A stretch of DNA of 64,000 nucleotides from Octopus vulgaris (Eukaryota): the NCBI GenBank assembly GCA_951406725.2, contig OX597820.1:33480001-33544000 (forward strand). The letters are read 5' to 3'. Position 1 is the stretch's first letter. Every line of letters begins with the position of its first letter. Position numbers and translations under genes: made by a program. Below, one piece after another: positions 12,720 to 31,499 of the stretch. The notes beneath the pieces were generated by a model, which worked only from the letters and a program-made list of their open reading frames with translations, ran no database searches and had not been told where the DNA came from.

Positions 12720-13539
12720 AAAATTTTGGTAGTATTAATTTGCGAGCGTACTTCTAAGCGCGCGTAATTGAAAGTTTTCACTATGATATCATCACGTGCG
12801 AAAAAATTCGAAGGGTTTTGAACAATTGAGATACAGATGTCACGCCTGTATTGAAACCATTGCTAAGCTGCCGTAATTGCTTAATTAAGACTTTGTTTAA
12901 ATTGAAAGGGGCAAATATGTGACGAGGTTGAAAAAAATACCCCAGAAAAAAAATGTACTGCTGGTATTTATATAATTCACTACTATTTTGCTACAATGTC
13001 ATGAAAAAGAAAAAATTTAGGTATCTAAATCGAATTCGCCACCCCCTTTTCCCCGTTCGCGTTTGTGTAAAAAAAATTATTATTTAAGTTTTAAAAATTA
13101 TTTACTTTGTTCAAAAAATATTAATATTAATTAATTTTCAAGAATTATTTAATTTTATTCTGTAAAATAGTAATTAATTCATTTATCTGTAAATCCGCGA
13201 GGTTGTTACTCAGGCACCTAGAATGGTAACCTTCAACTAACACTATCTCCTCCGAGACCCTGCGGCGCAAGTTGACCAAAATTGAGAGTATGGTAGAAGG
13301 GTTGCTCTTCCTTCCGTAGAACATAAAATTCAAATCGGACCATGTTAACACCAAAAATTATTTACATCAAAAAGATGCTTTTTTCTATGAAAATCCCTAT
13401 TTTTTACGATTTTTTCACTGCTGTGTCGCCACTTTTCGGTGTATTTCGACCAGAAAAATGTTCACAAAATTTTTACTTTTCAAAATTACAATTCCAGCGG
13501 GTCGAAACAAACACGAGCAACGCCAGGCGATACTGCTAG
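12720..13539 (+). mobile_element. Probable non-autonomous Helitron (5' boundary uncertain)
   Basis: 3' end cgagcaacgccaggcgatactgCTAG|t resembles the Helitron hairpin+CTAG terminus seen at 50711-50739. Confidence 0.35.
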
Positions 13540-13604
13540 TTAGTAACAAAATATTTTCTAAGAAATAGAACTTTTATCATCAGTCTTAAATTTTTTTTTC
13601 GCCA

Positions 13605-14135
<531 letters not shown>

Positions 14136-14564
14136 ATACGTGTGTGTGTTTGTATATACATATAAATATATATATACATTTATGTATGCATGTTGCATAT
14201 ATGCAAGTGTGTACGTGTGCAGCATATGCATATATATACGTCAAATTTTCTAGCATTTCCTATATCTGTGAAAATGTCTATTTCATGAGTGTTTATATCT
14301 TCCCTGATAAGATTGATGCTTAACTGACCATAATTCTTTTTGTTGGACGTATTTTGAATGCATCCATCAAAACATATATAGGAGATATGCAGATATAAAT
14401 GTTTTCATAGCAACCTGAGCGCTTGTCTCCTCTATCAATATTTCCTATTTTCTCTTAAATACGACTTACTTATCCCGAATCAAACCCCACACAAGGGTGA
14501 TCATTGTTTCCAAGGACACATAAGCAACATTTAGCTACGTTGTAATGATTGCCTTGGATCGTTC

Positions 14565-14612
<48 letters not shown>

Positions 14613-15789
14613 ATATTTCGGAATGGTCATATTGCCAGTTTAGCCAATAAAAACACACGCACTATATATTTGGTGTTATTTTGCTTCAGTGATATTTATT
14701 TTTTACATTAATCTTAATCTTATTTCGGCCAAAGTTCTTTCGTCACACTCCTGTGACCGCCTCAGTGGTCCTTTGTTTTCTTCTCACTTACTTGTGTCTC
14801 TCCTTACTAACCGTCAGCCATTTTGTATTTCTATTGTATGTCTTCATTTGCGCATGCTTATATCTCTATGTGCGTCTATGTTTATTTAGTGTGTGTAGGG
14901 GGGATGCCTGTAATATTTGTATCTTCTGGTTATATACATTCTTGTAATTTGTATTTTGTTTTTGTTGTTGTTGCTTTTGTTCTAATTTTGTTCATGTGTT
15001 TACATCCACCCATTATTATCATTACATATGCTTGTATGTATGTATAACAACAATATTAGTAATAATAATAATAAATCTAATCGAAAAAAAAAAAAAAAAA
15101 AAAAGAATATACATATACATATATATATATACATACATATACATATACATATACATATATATGCATATATACACACATATATACACATATAGATATTCAT
15201 TTCTATTTCTTTAATTACCTGTGTATTTATTATGTTTGCAGGATCCACTATTGTCATATGTTGTGGTGTGCGCTATTGCTCCATTCTAGTTTTCTATTCA
15301 GGCTAGGTTTATTTTCTATTATATGTGTAGCTTCTGTAATTTGTCTAATTGTTGCATCTGTTCTATGTGTGGACAATATCTTAATCTCTATGTTATTGAT
15401 TGATCCCCCGTGTTCTTGTTCGGCGTGTTGGTACAGAATCGATGAGCTTTTACCTTCCTTGAGTTGTCTCCAATGTTCATTCACCCGCTCACCAATGCTT
15501 CTTGCAGTTTCCCCACGTATGTTACTGTCTTGTTACTGCATCGTCCCTCTATACATCTTATACTATAGACCACATTTCTGGCTTTACAGTTCGTTTGTGG
15601 GCTAAATCTACATACAGTGCAATAGTTATCCGTACAGAGAGTTCTACTAAAAGGATAGCTTCTACCAATTATAGATCTGATAGGGTTGCCTGGCTTTTCA
15701 ACAACCTTAATTCTTAGTTTAAGTTTATCTAGGGTCCTTCTAAAGTGGTACGCTAGTTCACCTCCAGGGGTGGTGTCAACGAACATGAC

Positions 15790-16742
15790 ATGACATGGCT
15801 AGAAATTGTGAAAAATAAAACCCAAATCCTTCATTCATACTATGCAAAACCTATGGCCTCAAAATACCTGATCCACCGGAACTCAGCCATTGCGGGCAAT
15901 GCCAAATTCAATATTTTGATGGCAGACCTCGTCAGAATAATGAGAAATGTGTCACGCATGTGCGAGCCTACAGAATTAAAGAGACACATACAGTATTTCA
16001 TTCACCGCATGCAGTTTTCAGGTTACAGCCATAAAGAAAGGATCAGAGTATACAAAGGAGCCATGAAGAAATTTGATAATATATTATGTAATGATAGGAA
16101 TGGGATTTGCCCACTCTATAGGAACAAGTCATGGAACACTATAGAAAGGACAAAAAAAAAATAGGGAAGGCCAACTCTTGGTATGATAGCCATAAATACC
16201 AGAGTGTCATGTTCGTTGACACCACCCCTGGAGGTGAACTAGCGTACCACTTTAGAAGGACCCTAGATAAACTTAAACTAAGAATTAAGGTTGTTGAAAA
16301 GCCAGGCAACCCTATCAGATCTATAATTGGTAGAAGCTATCCTTTTAGTAGAACTCTCTGTACGGATAACTATTGCACTGTATGTAGATTTAGCCCACAA
16401 ACGAACTGTAAAGCCAGAAATGTGGTCTATAGTATAAGATGTATAGAGGGACGATGCAGTAACAAGACAGTAACATACGTGGGGGAAACTGCAAGAAGCA
16501 TTGGTGAGCGGGTGAATGAACATTGGAGACAACTCAAGGAAGGTAAAAGCTCATCGATTCTGTACCAACACGCCGAACAAGAACACGGGGGATCAATCAA
16601 TAACATAGAGATTAAGATATTGTCCACACATAGAACAGATGCAACAATTAGACAAATTACAGAAGCTACACATATAATAGAAAATAAACCTAGCCTGAAT
16701 AGAAAACTAGAATGGAGCAATAGCGCACACCACAACATATGA
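15790..16742 (+). pseudogene. 5'-truncated PLE ORF: RT thumb, Cys-rich linker and GIY-YIG endonuclease (Nematis-like by motif)
   Basis: YYAKPMAS..SGYS..PLYR, frameshift in the poly-A at ~16155, C..C..C..C linker, NVVYSIRC..TYVGET.RS..ERVNEH, RQITEA..LNRKLEW. Confidence 0.9.
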
Positions 16743-17228
16743 CAATAGTGGATCCTGCAAACATAATAAATACACAGGTAATTAAAGAAATAGAAATGAA
16801 TATCTATATGTGTATATATGTGTGTATATATGCATATATATGTATATGTATATGTATATGTATGTATATATATATATATGTATATGTATATTCTTTTTTT
16901 TTTTTTTTTTTTTTCGATTAGATTTATTATTATTATTACTAATATTGTTGTTATACATACATACAAGCATATGTAATGATAATAATGGGTGGATGTAAAC
17001 ACATGAACAAAATTAGAACAAAAGCAACAACAACAAAAACAAAATACAAATTACAAGAATGTATATAACCAGAAGATACAAATATTACAGGCATCCCCCC
17101 CTACACACACTAAATAAACATAGACGCACATAGAGATATAAGCATGCGCAAATGAAGACATACAATAGAAATACAAAATGGCTGACGGTTAGTAAGGAGA
17201 GACACAAGTAAGTGAGAAGAAAACAAAG

Positions 17229-17272
17229 GACCACTGAGGCGGTCACAGGAGTGTGACGAAAGAACTTTGGCC
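17229..17272 (+). ncRNA. Hammerhead-like motif of PLE A (variant core); mirror copy at 14727-14771 (-)
   Basis: cca-CTGAGGC-ggtcacaggagtgtgac-GAAAG-aa-CTT-tgg. Confidence 0.55.
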
Positions 17273-17447
17273 GAAATAAGATTAAGATTAATGTAAAAAA
17301 TAAATATCACTGAAGCAAAATAACACCAAATATATAGTGCGTGTGTTTTTATTGGCTAAACTGGCAATATGACCATTCCGAAATATAACAATATCTGTTT
17401 CAACACACGACTTCACATAAAAAATCTTGCACAACAAATATTTAAAC

Positions 17448-17560
<113 letters not shown>

Positions 17561-17918
17561 TTGTGTGTGTATGTGTGTGTTTGTGTGTGTGTGTGTGCGT
17601 GTGTTTATATATTCATGTATGTATGTATATATACGTATGGACATATTTAAGCGCACATATACATACACACATACAGATATGCATACAAACAATTCACACA
17701 TTATTCTATGAAAATCAACAGCTGTTTCTATTGAGTTACTAATATATAAACGATCTCCTTCTCTCGCCCTCCTCCTTTTGAACAGAACAAAACACAATTT
17801 TATTTATTCATCAGTTGATACCATCTGCCGTTCGATCCATACTTCTTTATTGGTTGATGTTCTTGTTCTTCTTCTGCTTCCTTTTCTTCTTCTTCTTCTT
17901 CTTCTTATTATTATTATG

Positions 17919-21821
<3,903 letters not shown>

Positions 21822-22386
21822 TTATCTTTTTTTATATCTTTATTGTGATCAATAGCTTCGTACATAAGAAAGTTTATAACTGCGTAACCAGTACATTTCC
21901 TTCATTACACACCTACACACACGCACGCGCACGCGCACGCACATACGCACACACACACACACACACAGACGAATGGTATATACTCGTATTTATCATTATT
22001 TATCATACATCCATCCATCCATCAATCCATCCATCCATCCATCTATACATACATACATACATACATACATACATACAAAAATGCCCTGTTGTTGTTGTAG
22101 AAATTCCAATAAACGAGCCTTGGATCTTTTCTCTATTGGCAAGAAATCTTGAATTAAAACTGAATAATGACATACATAATCTTTTATTCATTGACTTGTT
22201 TGAATCGTTAGACTGCAACCATGCTGGAGAACCTCCTGGAAGGTTTTAGTCAAACATATTGAGCCCAGTATTTATTTTAAAACCTGGTACTTACAGGCAC
22301 ATAAACAAACCAAAACCAGACAGTTTCTATTGAGTTACTAATCGTTACAAGTCTTTTTGATGTTTCTACTTATAGTCCTATTAATA

Positions 22387-22614
22387 CTCTCTTTTACTTT
22401 TTCAGCCATTTGACTGCGGCCATGCTGAAGCACCGCCTTTAGTCGAGCAAATCGACCCCAGGACTTATTCTTTGTAAGCCTAGTACTTATTCTATCGGTC
22501 TCTTTTGCCGAACCGCTAAGCTACGGGGACGTAAACACACCAGCATCGGTTGTCAAGCGATGTTGGTGGGGACAAATACAGACATACAAACACACACACA
22601 CACACACACACACG

Positions 22615-22660
<46 letters not shown>

Positions 22661-22845
22661 CACATATACATATACATATATACGACGGGCTTCTTACAAT
22701 TTCCGTCTACCAAATCCACTCACAAGGCTTTGGTCGGCCCGAGGCTATATTAGAAGACACTTGCCCAAGGTGCTACGCAGTGGGACTGAACTCTGAACCA
22801 TGTGGTTGGTAAGCAAGCTACTTACCACACAGCCACTCCTGCGCC
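22387..22845 (-). mobile_element. tRNA-derived SINE family 1 with internal microsatellite
   Basis: A box tggctgtgtgg and B-box-like gttca; same family at 26229-26680 (-) and 61260-61700 (+). Confidence 0.85.
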
Positions 22846-23529
22846 TAGTAGTGCAATAATAATTATTATTACTGTTGCAGTTGCTTTCATTGTTATTTTT
22901 TCTGTTGGTCTCAACATCAGAATTATCAAATCATTCATTATTATCATCGTTATTTGTATCATTCTCACAATTTTCAGTATTATTGCTTATTTTGCTTTTA
23001 TATGAACTGGTATGATAATACTCTCCTCTATTACTGTTATTATTATCAATGGGACTTATGCTTTTTTGCATCTTATTGCTAGTATTGTTAATTATTTGGT
23101 TCAGCTTCTTATTGTTCAAATGATGGACATAATGTTATAAGTTATATGATATTGCATATAACAACTTCACGATGTGCCTGTTGAAAATTTGTTAGTGTGT
23201 ATTAGTTTGCGGAAGTGGTTATCTGCTACTGAAAGGAAACCTGGCAAGGTTAGATGATGCATGTAATCTGATTGTAACAGCTATCGAAAATAAACTAAAC
23301 ACTAAATTCATCCAGTTCGACAGCTGTAGTTATCATTCCTCTATCACTCCTATCATCCTTAATAAAGCTCTATGGTTCGCACATAATAAAGCCGTCCTAA
23401 CCCGTGACGAAATCAATGTTTCCTAGCGACAAGAAAATCTATTATCCAATTTGATAATAAACTATGGATTCGTAAGGATCGACCAGATCGCTTCGATATT
23501 CCAGTGGAAGGTTCTGACTCAACGTTGTA

Positions 23530-24407
23530 GATGTCATCTCTGAGGAGGATTTCGGTATGAGGAACCTTTTCTTTCCATGTGTGACGGAAGATATTTCCGC
23601 ATGATATCTAACATGGAACGCTTCCAGTTGTCTGATCTGGCACTGATAAAGGGACCAGCACTCAAACCCGTACAGGAGGGTGGATACTCAGGTAGCTCGA
23701 TAAATGGGGATTTTTGTATTTGCTCTAAGATTCTTGCTCCCAAAGACTCGTTCGCTGAGTCTCCCGAAGATGAAGAAGCCAACTTGATCCGACATAGTAT
23801 CTCTTCAGCGAGAAGTCCATTGTTAGAGACCATACTTCCACAATGGTAGAATGAGTCCGCTTGCGATAGAGGAGCACCATCAATAAGGACAGGTTGAGGA
23901 AGAAGTGGGACTACTGGGAGGCTGATTGGAGAACTTTCAGTTTCTCGGTGATTCGCTTGAAAGCCGAGCCGAGAATAGACACTGTTCATTGAGTTCGTCA
24001 TGAGTTGAAGATAGGCGGGGTGGGTATGAGATAGTGCAACAGAACCGTTTGCATGCTGAATCTCGTACATCTTGATTGAGAGGGTTTTGATGTGAATTTC
24101 AGATGATGAAAGCTACCATCATCATGGTACTTCCGTTTTATTTGGCGATCCGTCTCCTGAAAAAAAAGGTTTACAGCCACCAAATAAATGTTAAACAGCA
24201 CATGGGCAAGGATGCATCCTTGTTTTATCCCCACCTGGACATTAAAGCTTTTCCAGGTTTCACCGCCGATTTTAATTCTCGTTTGCATACCATCATGAGA
24301 ACTTCTGGACGATCGGGAGAAACGTTGGCGAGAAACGAGCGCCACCACATAGGACGCTTGACTGTGTCATACATCTTTGTTAGATCGACAACCTCTCTCT
24401 CTGTCTT

Positions 24408-24460
<53 letters not shown>

Positions 24461-26100
24461 GCTGTTCACGACATTTTTCAAGAAGAAGACAGATCACATG
24501 CATTATGTTAGAAGTGTTCCTTCTGGTCGAAATCGACACTGGGACTCAGGCAGGACCAAATAGACAACATAAAGTAGAAGACGACGAAGGAGAATAGGAG
24601 ATAGGCTCTTGTCGGGATCACTCAGAAGACAGATTCACTTGCTGCTGCCGCACTCTGCACGGTCTCTTTTGCACTTATAGATTGTGACAATATTGGAGTG
24701 TTTCTATCTGTCAGGTATAGTCTCTCCTTGTCAACAGAGAAGAAAAAAGAGTAAAGATGGGATGTGAAGTGAGGTTCATCGTACTTGTAGATCTCACCTG
24801 GGATCCCATCATCGCCGAGAGACTTCTTGTTTTAGAGACCGTAGATGGCCTGTTAGACCTCATCAAGTATTGTCAATCTTTTTCACGATAGGAAGGTCCC
24901 TGGGGGTTGACCCGATTCAGAAGTTCTTCAGAATGTTTGATCCACTTGTGAAGTATCGCAGTTTACTCTTTTAATAAGGTTCCATTGGGTAGTATTTCCG
25001 GAGCAGTCACTTTTCTGCATGGCCCGAAGATCGAACCATTGAATCCGTAGGGTTTGTTCTCGTCTGCAAAACGTTGAATTTCTTCTGCCTTTCTAAGCCA
25101 CCAATTTGACACGTTGTGCAGTGGCATGAGCATTCTTCCAATTTTTGCGCAGGACTGCAGAGCTCGGGTTGAACTGCATTGCGGTGTTTGTTCTTCTGGA
25201 ATAGGAAAGGTTATATGACCTCGGTCGATTCATCAAACCAGTCGGGATTGCGATGTGTAGTTGTTCCAAGTGTTGATCTAGCAGTGTCTTCTAGAATATT
25301 GAGGGATGAGTCACAGAGGTTGTTGTTTCTCTCTTGGGTGAGGTCAGCAGCCGCAAGAACTGGGATAGGCGTGAGCTGATCTTGAATCCTGCATTGAAAC
25401 TGAGTAGCAATGTCAAGACGAGGAAAGGGCTGCGATTTTCCGATTGGAGGCCCCAAAGTCAAACGAACAAGAGATCTAATCATTCGATGGTCAGTCCCCT
25501 CAAGCATCCTTATACTCCCCTTGTCGAGCAACCACATAGGCACGAAGGTGCCAGGATTTAGATCGGGGTTGCATCTAGGATACTTTGTAAAAACCGTACT
25601 AGTAATGACCAGTCTATGTTAGGAACAGAGAGATAGAAGACCAAGTCCATTGGCGTTCATTTTCCCAACTCCGTGATGATCAGTAACACCGGGTCAGATG
25701 ATTTGACCGATCCTGGTATTGAAATCTCCTTGTAACCTTCTCCTAGTTCAGTGAGAGAGCCTTCCTTTAAGCGCGTCTCGCTAAGAGTCACTATGTCGAC
25801 GTCGTAACGTTTCAGCTCAGATGCAACTAGAGCAGTCCTTCAATGAGGTTCATCTGAGTTAGGAAGATCAAGTAAGGTCCTACATTCGAGGAAGAAATTG
25901 ACACTTTCTTGAAGTTTCGACCGCATTAGATGGGTGACTTGTCAGGTGAGGTTTTCTAATGGGGTAGAATGGGGCAAGCTTTGATTGGGCCTCTTTTTCT
26001 AGGACATTCCTCGGACTGAGGTAGGCAATGCCTTTTCTAAATAGAGCTGCCTAAACATATAAACAAGACCAAAGAAGACTGCTGTACCCATGCGCAGCCT
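23530..26100 (-). pseudogene. Degraded RTE-clade LINE
   Basis: RTLLD..RTALVASELKRYDVDIVTLSETR (APE), TDH, DWFDE, GIKQGCILA (RT) with many stops. Confidence 0.85.
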
Positions 26101-26228
26101 CAGTGACCATCTCACTCATACCGCCACCATCCATGCTTGCCTCCATCATCAGAGGAATAGTGGTTTAGAGGTGGTTCCAAACTTCTCAAAATCCTGGAAA
26201 TCCTGTAAGAGGATATACATATATATAT

Positions 26229-26405
26229 TCTTTTATTTTTTTATTTGTTTTAGTCATTTGACTGCGGCCATGCTGGAGCACCACCTTTAGTCGAACAAAT
26301 CGACCCCAGGACTCATTCTTTGTAAGCCTAGTACTTATTCTATCAGTCTCTTTTGCCGAACCGCTAAGTTACGGGGACATAAACACACCAGCATCGGTTG
26401 TCAAG

Positions 26406-26475
<70 letters not shown>

Positions 26476-26680
26476 GGAGGCAAGCACAGACACACAAACA
26501 TATATATATATATATACACGACGGCTTCTTTCGGTTTCCGTCTACCAAATCCACTCACAAGGCTTTGGTCGGCCCGAGGCTATAGCAGAAGACACTTACC
26601 CACAGTGCCACGCAGTGGGACTGAACCCGGAGCCATGTGGTTGGTAAGCAAGCTACTTAACACACAGTCACTCCTGCGCC
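26229..26680 (-). mobile_element. tRNA-derived SINE family 1
   Basis: Homologous to 22387-22845 and 61260-61700. Confidence 0.85.
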
Positions 26681-27339
26681 TATAATATATAATAAATTAG
26701 AGATGAAATGTTCATAAAGTCATGGGTAAGTAAGTGGTAACCAGTCACATGAAGACGTCAAAATGAATTCGACTTCCTTCATCAAGCGAAGATGCATTCC
26801 ATATAGTTGTGCTTGTAAAAATAAATTGTCAAAGGGAGAAAGCAGAACAAGATTAAGAGTGGCGGAAAGAGGAAGAAGAACAACCTATAAAAACCAAGGA
26901 AGAAGGACAGAATAGAAGAAAGATAAAGAAGAGAGAAGGGAAGAAGATAAAGTTAAAATGAACCTAGCGAAAGGGAACGTCACGGTTGGAAAAGGTAATG
27001 AGAAATAGATCGTAAGTCAGGAATGTTAAGTGACCGGGTACTGGTGCTTACTTGGATAAAACGTAAAGAAATTCAGCCACAATTAAGAGAATTATAAATA
27101 GTAGAAATTACTAAAACTTTATACAATGAGCAAATATGAAATAAAACTTATGTTTACATGAGAAGATTACATCAGAGAACCTAGGTGGGATGTATAAAGA
27201 TGTCCATTTGGTGTACGCAGCAGAATTCACCAAACACAACTTGAACACAAATATTGTTCAAACCGTTAAATAAACAATCAATAAACATTGCGCTCTTCTA
27301 CGAATTACGTCAATCTTTATAAAATAATAATAATAATTA

Positions 27340-27392
<53 letters not shown>

Positions 27393-27751
27393 ATTATTAT
27401 TGTTTAAAATTTTGGCTCAAGGTCAGTTATTTCGAGTTTGGGGGTAAGTCGATTACATTCACTCCGAAAGAACGAAATGCTGGTGAGCACTTTGACCGGC
27501 GTACTAGCAATTCTGCCCCAAGTAGTGTCCTTATGAAGCACATCTGCTTATTCTAATGCAACCAAGTTGTATGATGATACTATATTTGTGTAGGGTATTT
27601 TTTGATACACTATCTGAAGTAGGAGATCAAGAGATATCTTACACGTTTGTCTTACATGTACAAGTTTTGTGACTTATTCGGAAATGAAACACGTGCAATG
27701 GTGAATAAATAATGCAATTCTGTTTTGATATATATATATATATATATATAT

Positions 27752-28040
27752 AAGAATTTTTTGCGTAATAAGATAGAAAAAAACTAAGCTGTGTAAATAT
27801 TAGAGACGGCTCCGATGAAGGGATATAATTAATAATTATCCTAGAAACAGCTTTAATACCTTCTATCTATAAATGCTCTAATATCTACACAGCCTTGGTT
27901 TTTTATCTTATTACACAAAAAGTTCTTATCCTTTATTCGCAATATTACCGAATCTGGAACTTAACTATGGTGTGTCTATAGCACTTATTCAGCATTACCT
28001 GACACCTTTGGGTCTAAATGACACCATTATCTCTTTTATA
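27752..28040 (+). mobile_element. PLE 3' fragment with degenerate HHR (~27806-27860) between (TA)n tracts
   Basis: CCGATGA-agggat..atccta-GAAAC-agct-TTA; stem I and cleavage triplet decayed. Confidence 0.45.
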
Positions 28041-28042
28041 TA

Positions 28043-28134
<92 letters not shown>

Positions 28135-28463
28135 TGTATGTATAAAATTTGTTTATGGTAACATTTAGAATATGCAGATAAGACGCCTATTCTATTATGC
28201 CGTCTAATTATGCTGACTGGTGAGCCAATTTTTCAGGGTCACATCAGATTATGCCGATATAATGTAGGATAAACATAATAATAATAATAACAATAACTCT
28301 AGGATGGAATTTATAAATATTGAATGCATCGCGATGCATTAAATATTCATAAATTCCATCCTAGGGTTATTGTTATATGTGTGTGTGTGTGTGTGTATGT
28401 GTGTGTATGTGTGTGCATGTTTGTGTTTGTGTGTGTGTATGTGTGTGTATGTGTGTGCATGTT

Positions 28464-28504
<41 letters not shown>

Positions 28505-28639
28505 TTTGAGAAATGGTGATAAGTGACAATTTTGTAAATGATGATAATATTTTATAAGCTTAATACTTATAAGTGATCACTATGTTTTGACAATAAGCCC
28601 TGGACAAAAAAGTGTATTTTTTACATACACATACATGAT

Positions 28640-29278
28640 AGTTGTCTACTTCTTCTGTAGAGTCTGACCACTTCTTGTACCAATACCATAGGTCCATCAT
28701 GGCGTGTGATGTGGCTTTTTAAACCAGACAATGTATTGAAAAGTAACGCACATAGTTTGCATGTCCGATTTGGACTACCAAAAGCTGTAATTAAGTTCTG
28801 ATCTTTGTGGATCTTTAACTGTCTTTGAGGTCTCCGTTAGATTTGCAGACTTTATGGCATACATAGCATTAAAAGGTGTGCACAGATGTATAGGCAGAAT
28901 AGTTGGAGGAGGTTAGGATATTTGAGCTCAACAAAAGAAAGACACGATTGTCACAAACTGTGCGCACAAAAGGTCATTGTGATTCACCTTTTCAATCCTA
29001 ACAAACTTCTTTAAATATCTCTTGAGTCTTGCATGCGTTATTCTGACCTCTTCAAACAATTTCACTCCACTCCCCATTTTTTCTTGCCACCCAGCTCGAT
29101 CCGAAGCAAGGATCCATTTATCCTCTGGATCCATTTCAAGTGACTTCATGGTAGTCCTTATGCCATCCTTAAACCTCTTTTTCTAAGTTTTCACCAATAG
29201 CGTTTCCTCTCTGCAAGCTTGCCATAAAACAGCTGATTGGGTATGCGTTCTTCCGCCATTCAAATAATATGGCCAGAT
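28640..29278 (-). pseudogene. RTE-clade LINE 3' fragment with C-terminal C2H2-like zinc fingers
   Basis: ERIPNQLFYG...RFKD...LASDRAGW; CKLC..LSGLKSHITRH. Confidence 0.7.
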
Positions 29279-29279
29279 A

Positions 29280-29341
<62 letters not shown>

Positions 29342-29349
<8 letters not shown>

Positions 29350-29674
29350 AGAAGAAAATGGAGGAAAAATAACAGGAAGAAGTTGGTCGTTTGCGCTAGT
29401 AAGCCGTTAATTTAATTAATTAATAAAAAAAAGTGGTAGTAATAGCACCACTTTTCTTTATTAATTAAATTAATGGCTTACTAGCGCAAACGACCAACTT
29501 CTTCCTGTTATTTCTCCTCCATTTTCTCCTTGCATATAATTTAAACTACGGTTTACCCGCTGAATTACCTACTACCGTATATCTTTTACCAAGGACTGGA
29601 CCTACGCAGGTAACCACCAGGAGCGCCTTTGGATTTAACCATTCCTTAGAGGTTTTTAACAGCTCTAACATACC
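29342..29674. mobile_element. Fold-back insertion: ~95-bp hairpin (9-nt loop) plus ~135-bp tail, in (TA)n
   Basis: 29342-29437 is an inverted repeat of 29447-29538; same architecture as the PLE palindromes, but no HHR core recognised. Confidence 0.65.
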
Positions 29675-29769
29675 TATATATATATATATATATATGCGAT
29701 AGTGTCGTTAAAAACCTTTGTAATCAGTCCCACATGTGTGTATGTATGTATGTATGTATGTTTTAGGTA

Positions 29770-30878
29770 TGTATTCTCATGCATAGAGTTGCATATCTAG
29801 ACATGCTCATACATATTTAAATGATAAACTTCTGGAAGGTCTTACAGATTTTTACAGTTCAAGTGATGGATTGGATCTGTAGTCTTCGAATTAGCTTTCT
29901 TCTTCCTGCTTTTGAGAAGCCTAATTTCTCAAGATTTGTATTTAGGTAGTATGTTACATATCCCAGGGCCCAAATAATTACAGGTATTAACCTGAACTTG
30001 TAATCTGGATAGAGTAACTGCAGATTTCTCAATAGTTCAGCATAGGCGTTCTCTTTTTCACTGATCTTCAGCTTTATGTTAACATCCGCTGGGCAGCAAA
30101 TTGTGCACAACTGTGCACAGTTTCTCTTTTCTGTTCCAAATCCTTATATCAGGTCTGTTGTGCTTACATTCTACTGAGGTCTTCACTGATACATTCCACC
30201 AGTATTCTTTTATATTATGTGTAGTCATTGCCTCTACCATATTGTGGGTTCTTATTTCTCTATAATGAAATCCGTCGGAAGGATAATCTCGAGATTATCC
30301 TTCCGACAGATTTCATTATAGAGTGTCCTAGCTACAACATCATGTCTCTCAGTAGATATTATCGTGATGACATTTTCGGACAACTGCTTATGATGTGGGT
30401 GCTATCTTCAGTGGGAACTCCACAAAATCTGCATTGGTTGTCACATTTTACCGCTTTTTCTGCATCTCTATTCCTTTTGTGCATCAGGTATTTGGTTGAT
30501 ATTTCCTGTTCCTGGATTGCAAACGCATACCCTTCAAAGTGTGAGATAGTAATCCGGTTATTGGTCCATGATGAACTGCTTCGATGATCGATGTCCATGC
30601 ATAAACATGACCATACTAACATATCCATGCATATTCTTCTGATCATACAGGCTCATCCTTTCATCTGATGATACGTTGTGGTAGAGTCGTGCGACTTCTT
30701 TGAGCATGTATACTGGGTTATCAGACAAAGAGTGTTGCTCAAGGAGCTGCCTTCCAAGTCTTATGATGTTATCAGCCTCGTGTATGCAAACTTGGTCAAG
30801 GGATGCACTTCGACATTTGGTGGTTTAAAAATGTTGCCGAAGGGATATGATGCGAGGTTCAAAGTCATTTTGGATCAT
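29770..30878 (-). pseudogene. R4-like RLE LINE 3' fragment (third family)
   Basis: [40 protein letters not shown]; related pieces at 48935-49200 (+) and 54245-55125 (-, split by the SINE dimer). Confidence 0.8.
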
Positions 30879-31499
30879 GTATGTATGTATGTATGTATGT
30901 ATGTATGTATGTATGTATGTATGTATGTATGTATGTATGCGTGTATGTATGTATGTATGTATGTATGTATGTATGTATGTATGTATGTGTGTGTATGTAT
31001 GTATGTATGTATGTATGTATGTATGTATGTATGTATGTATGTATGTATGTATGTATGTATGTATGCGTGTATGTGTGTATGTATGTATGTGTGTATGTGA
31101 AAGAAGGAGAAAACATTGTGCGTCCTTCGTTTTTAGACGTTTAAAAAGAATGAAGAGGTGTTTCTTTCTGGCAATGCGTGTGAGGAAAATAGCGTGGGAG
31201 AGAGAATGAAGAAAAATCAGGTGAGCATGTGGCTGAAGTTAGAAAGAGAATGTGTAGCAGTCGAGAATATATTGTTCCCTGTAATGTGTGTGTGTGTATG
31301 TGTGTATGTGAGTGTGTGTGTGTGTGTGTTCATGCGTCAGCGTGCGTTGTGTGTGAGTGTATTATACAGCATATACATGTGTGTGTACGCATATGTAAAT
31401 ATGCAGCAGAACCTATTAATGCGTGAATGTTTTGTGTGTGCGCATAACGAGATTGTTTTGATGATAAGGATGCTGTAATCACCAAGCCCATTGAAGAGA

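Noticed and set aside
27568-27620. ATGATGA...CTGA resembling a C/D box snoRNA
   Set aside because: The span is only ~47 nt, with no terminal stem and no recognisable guide.
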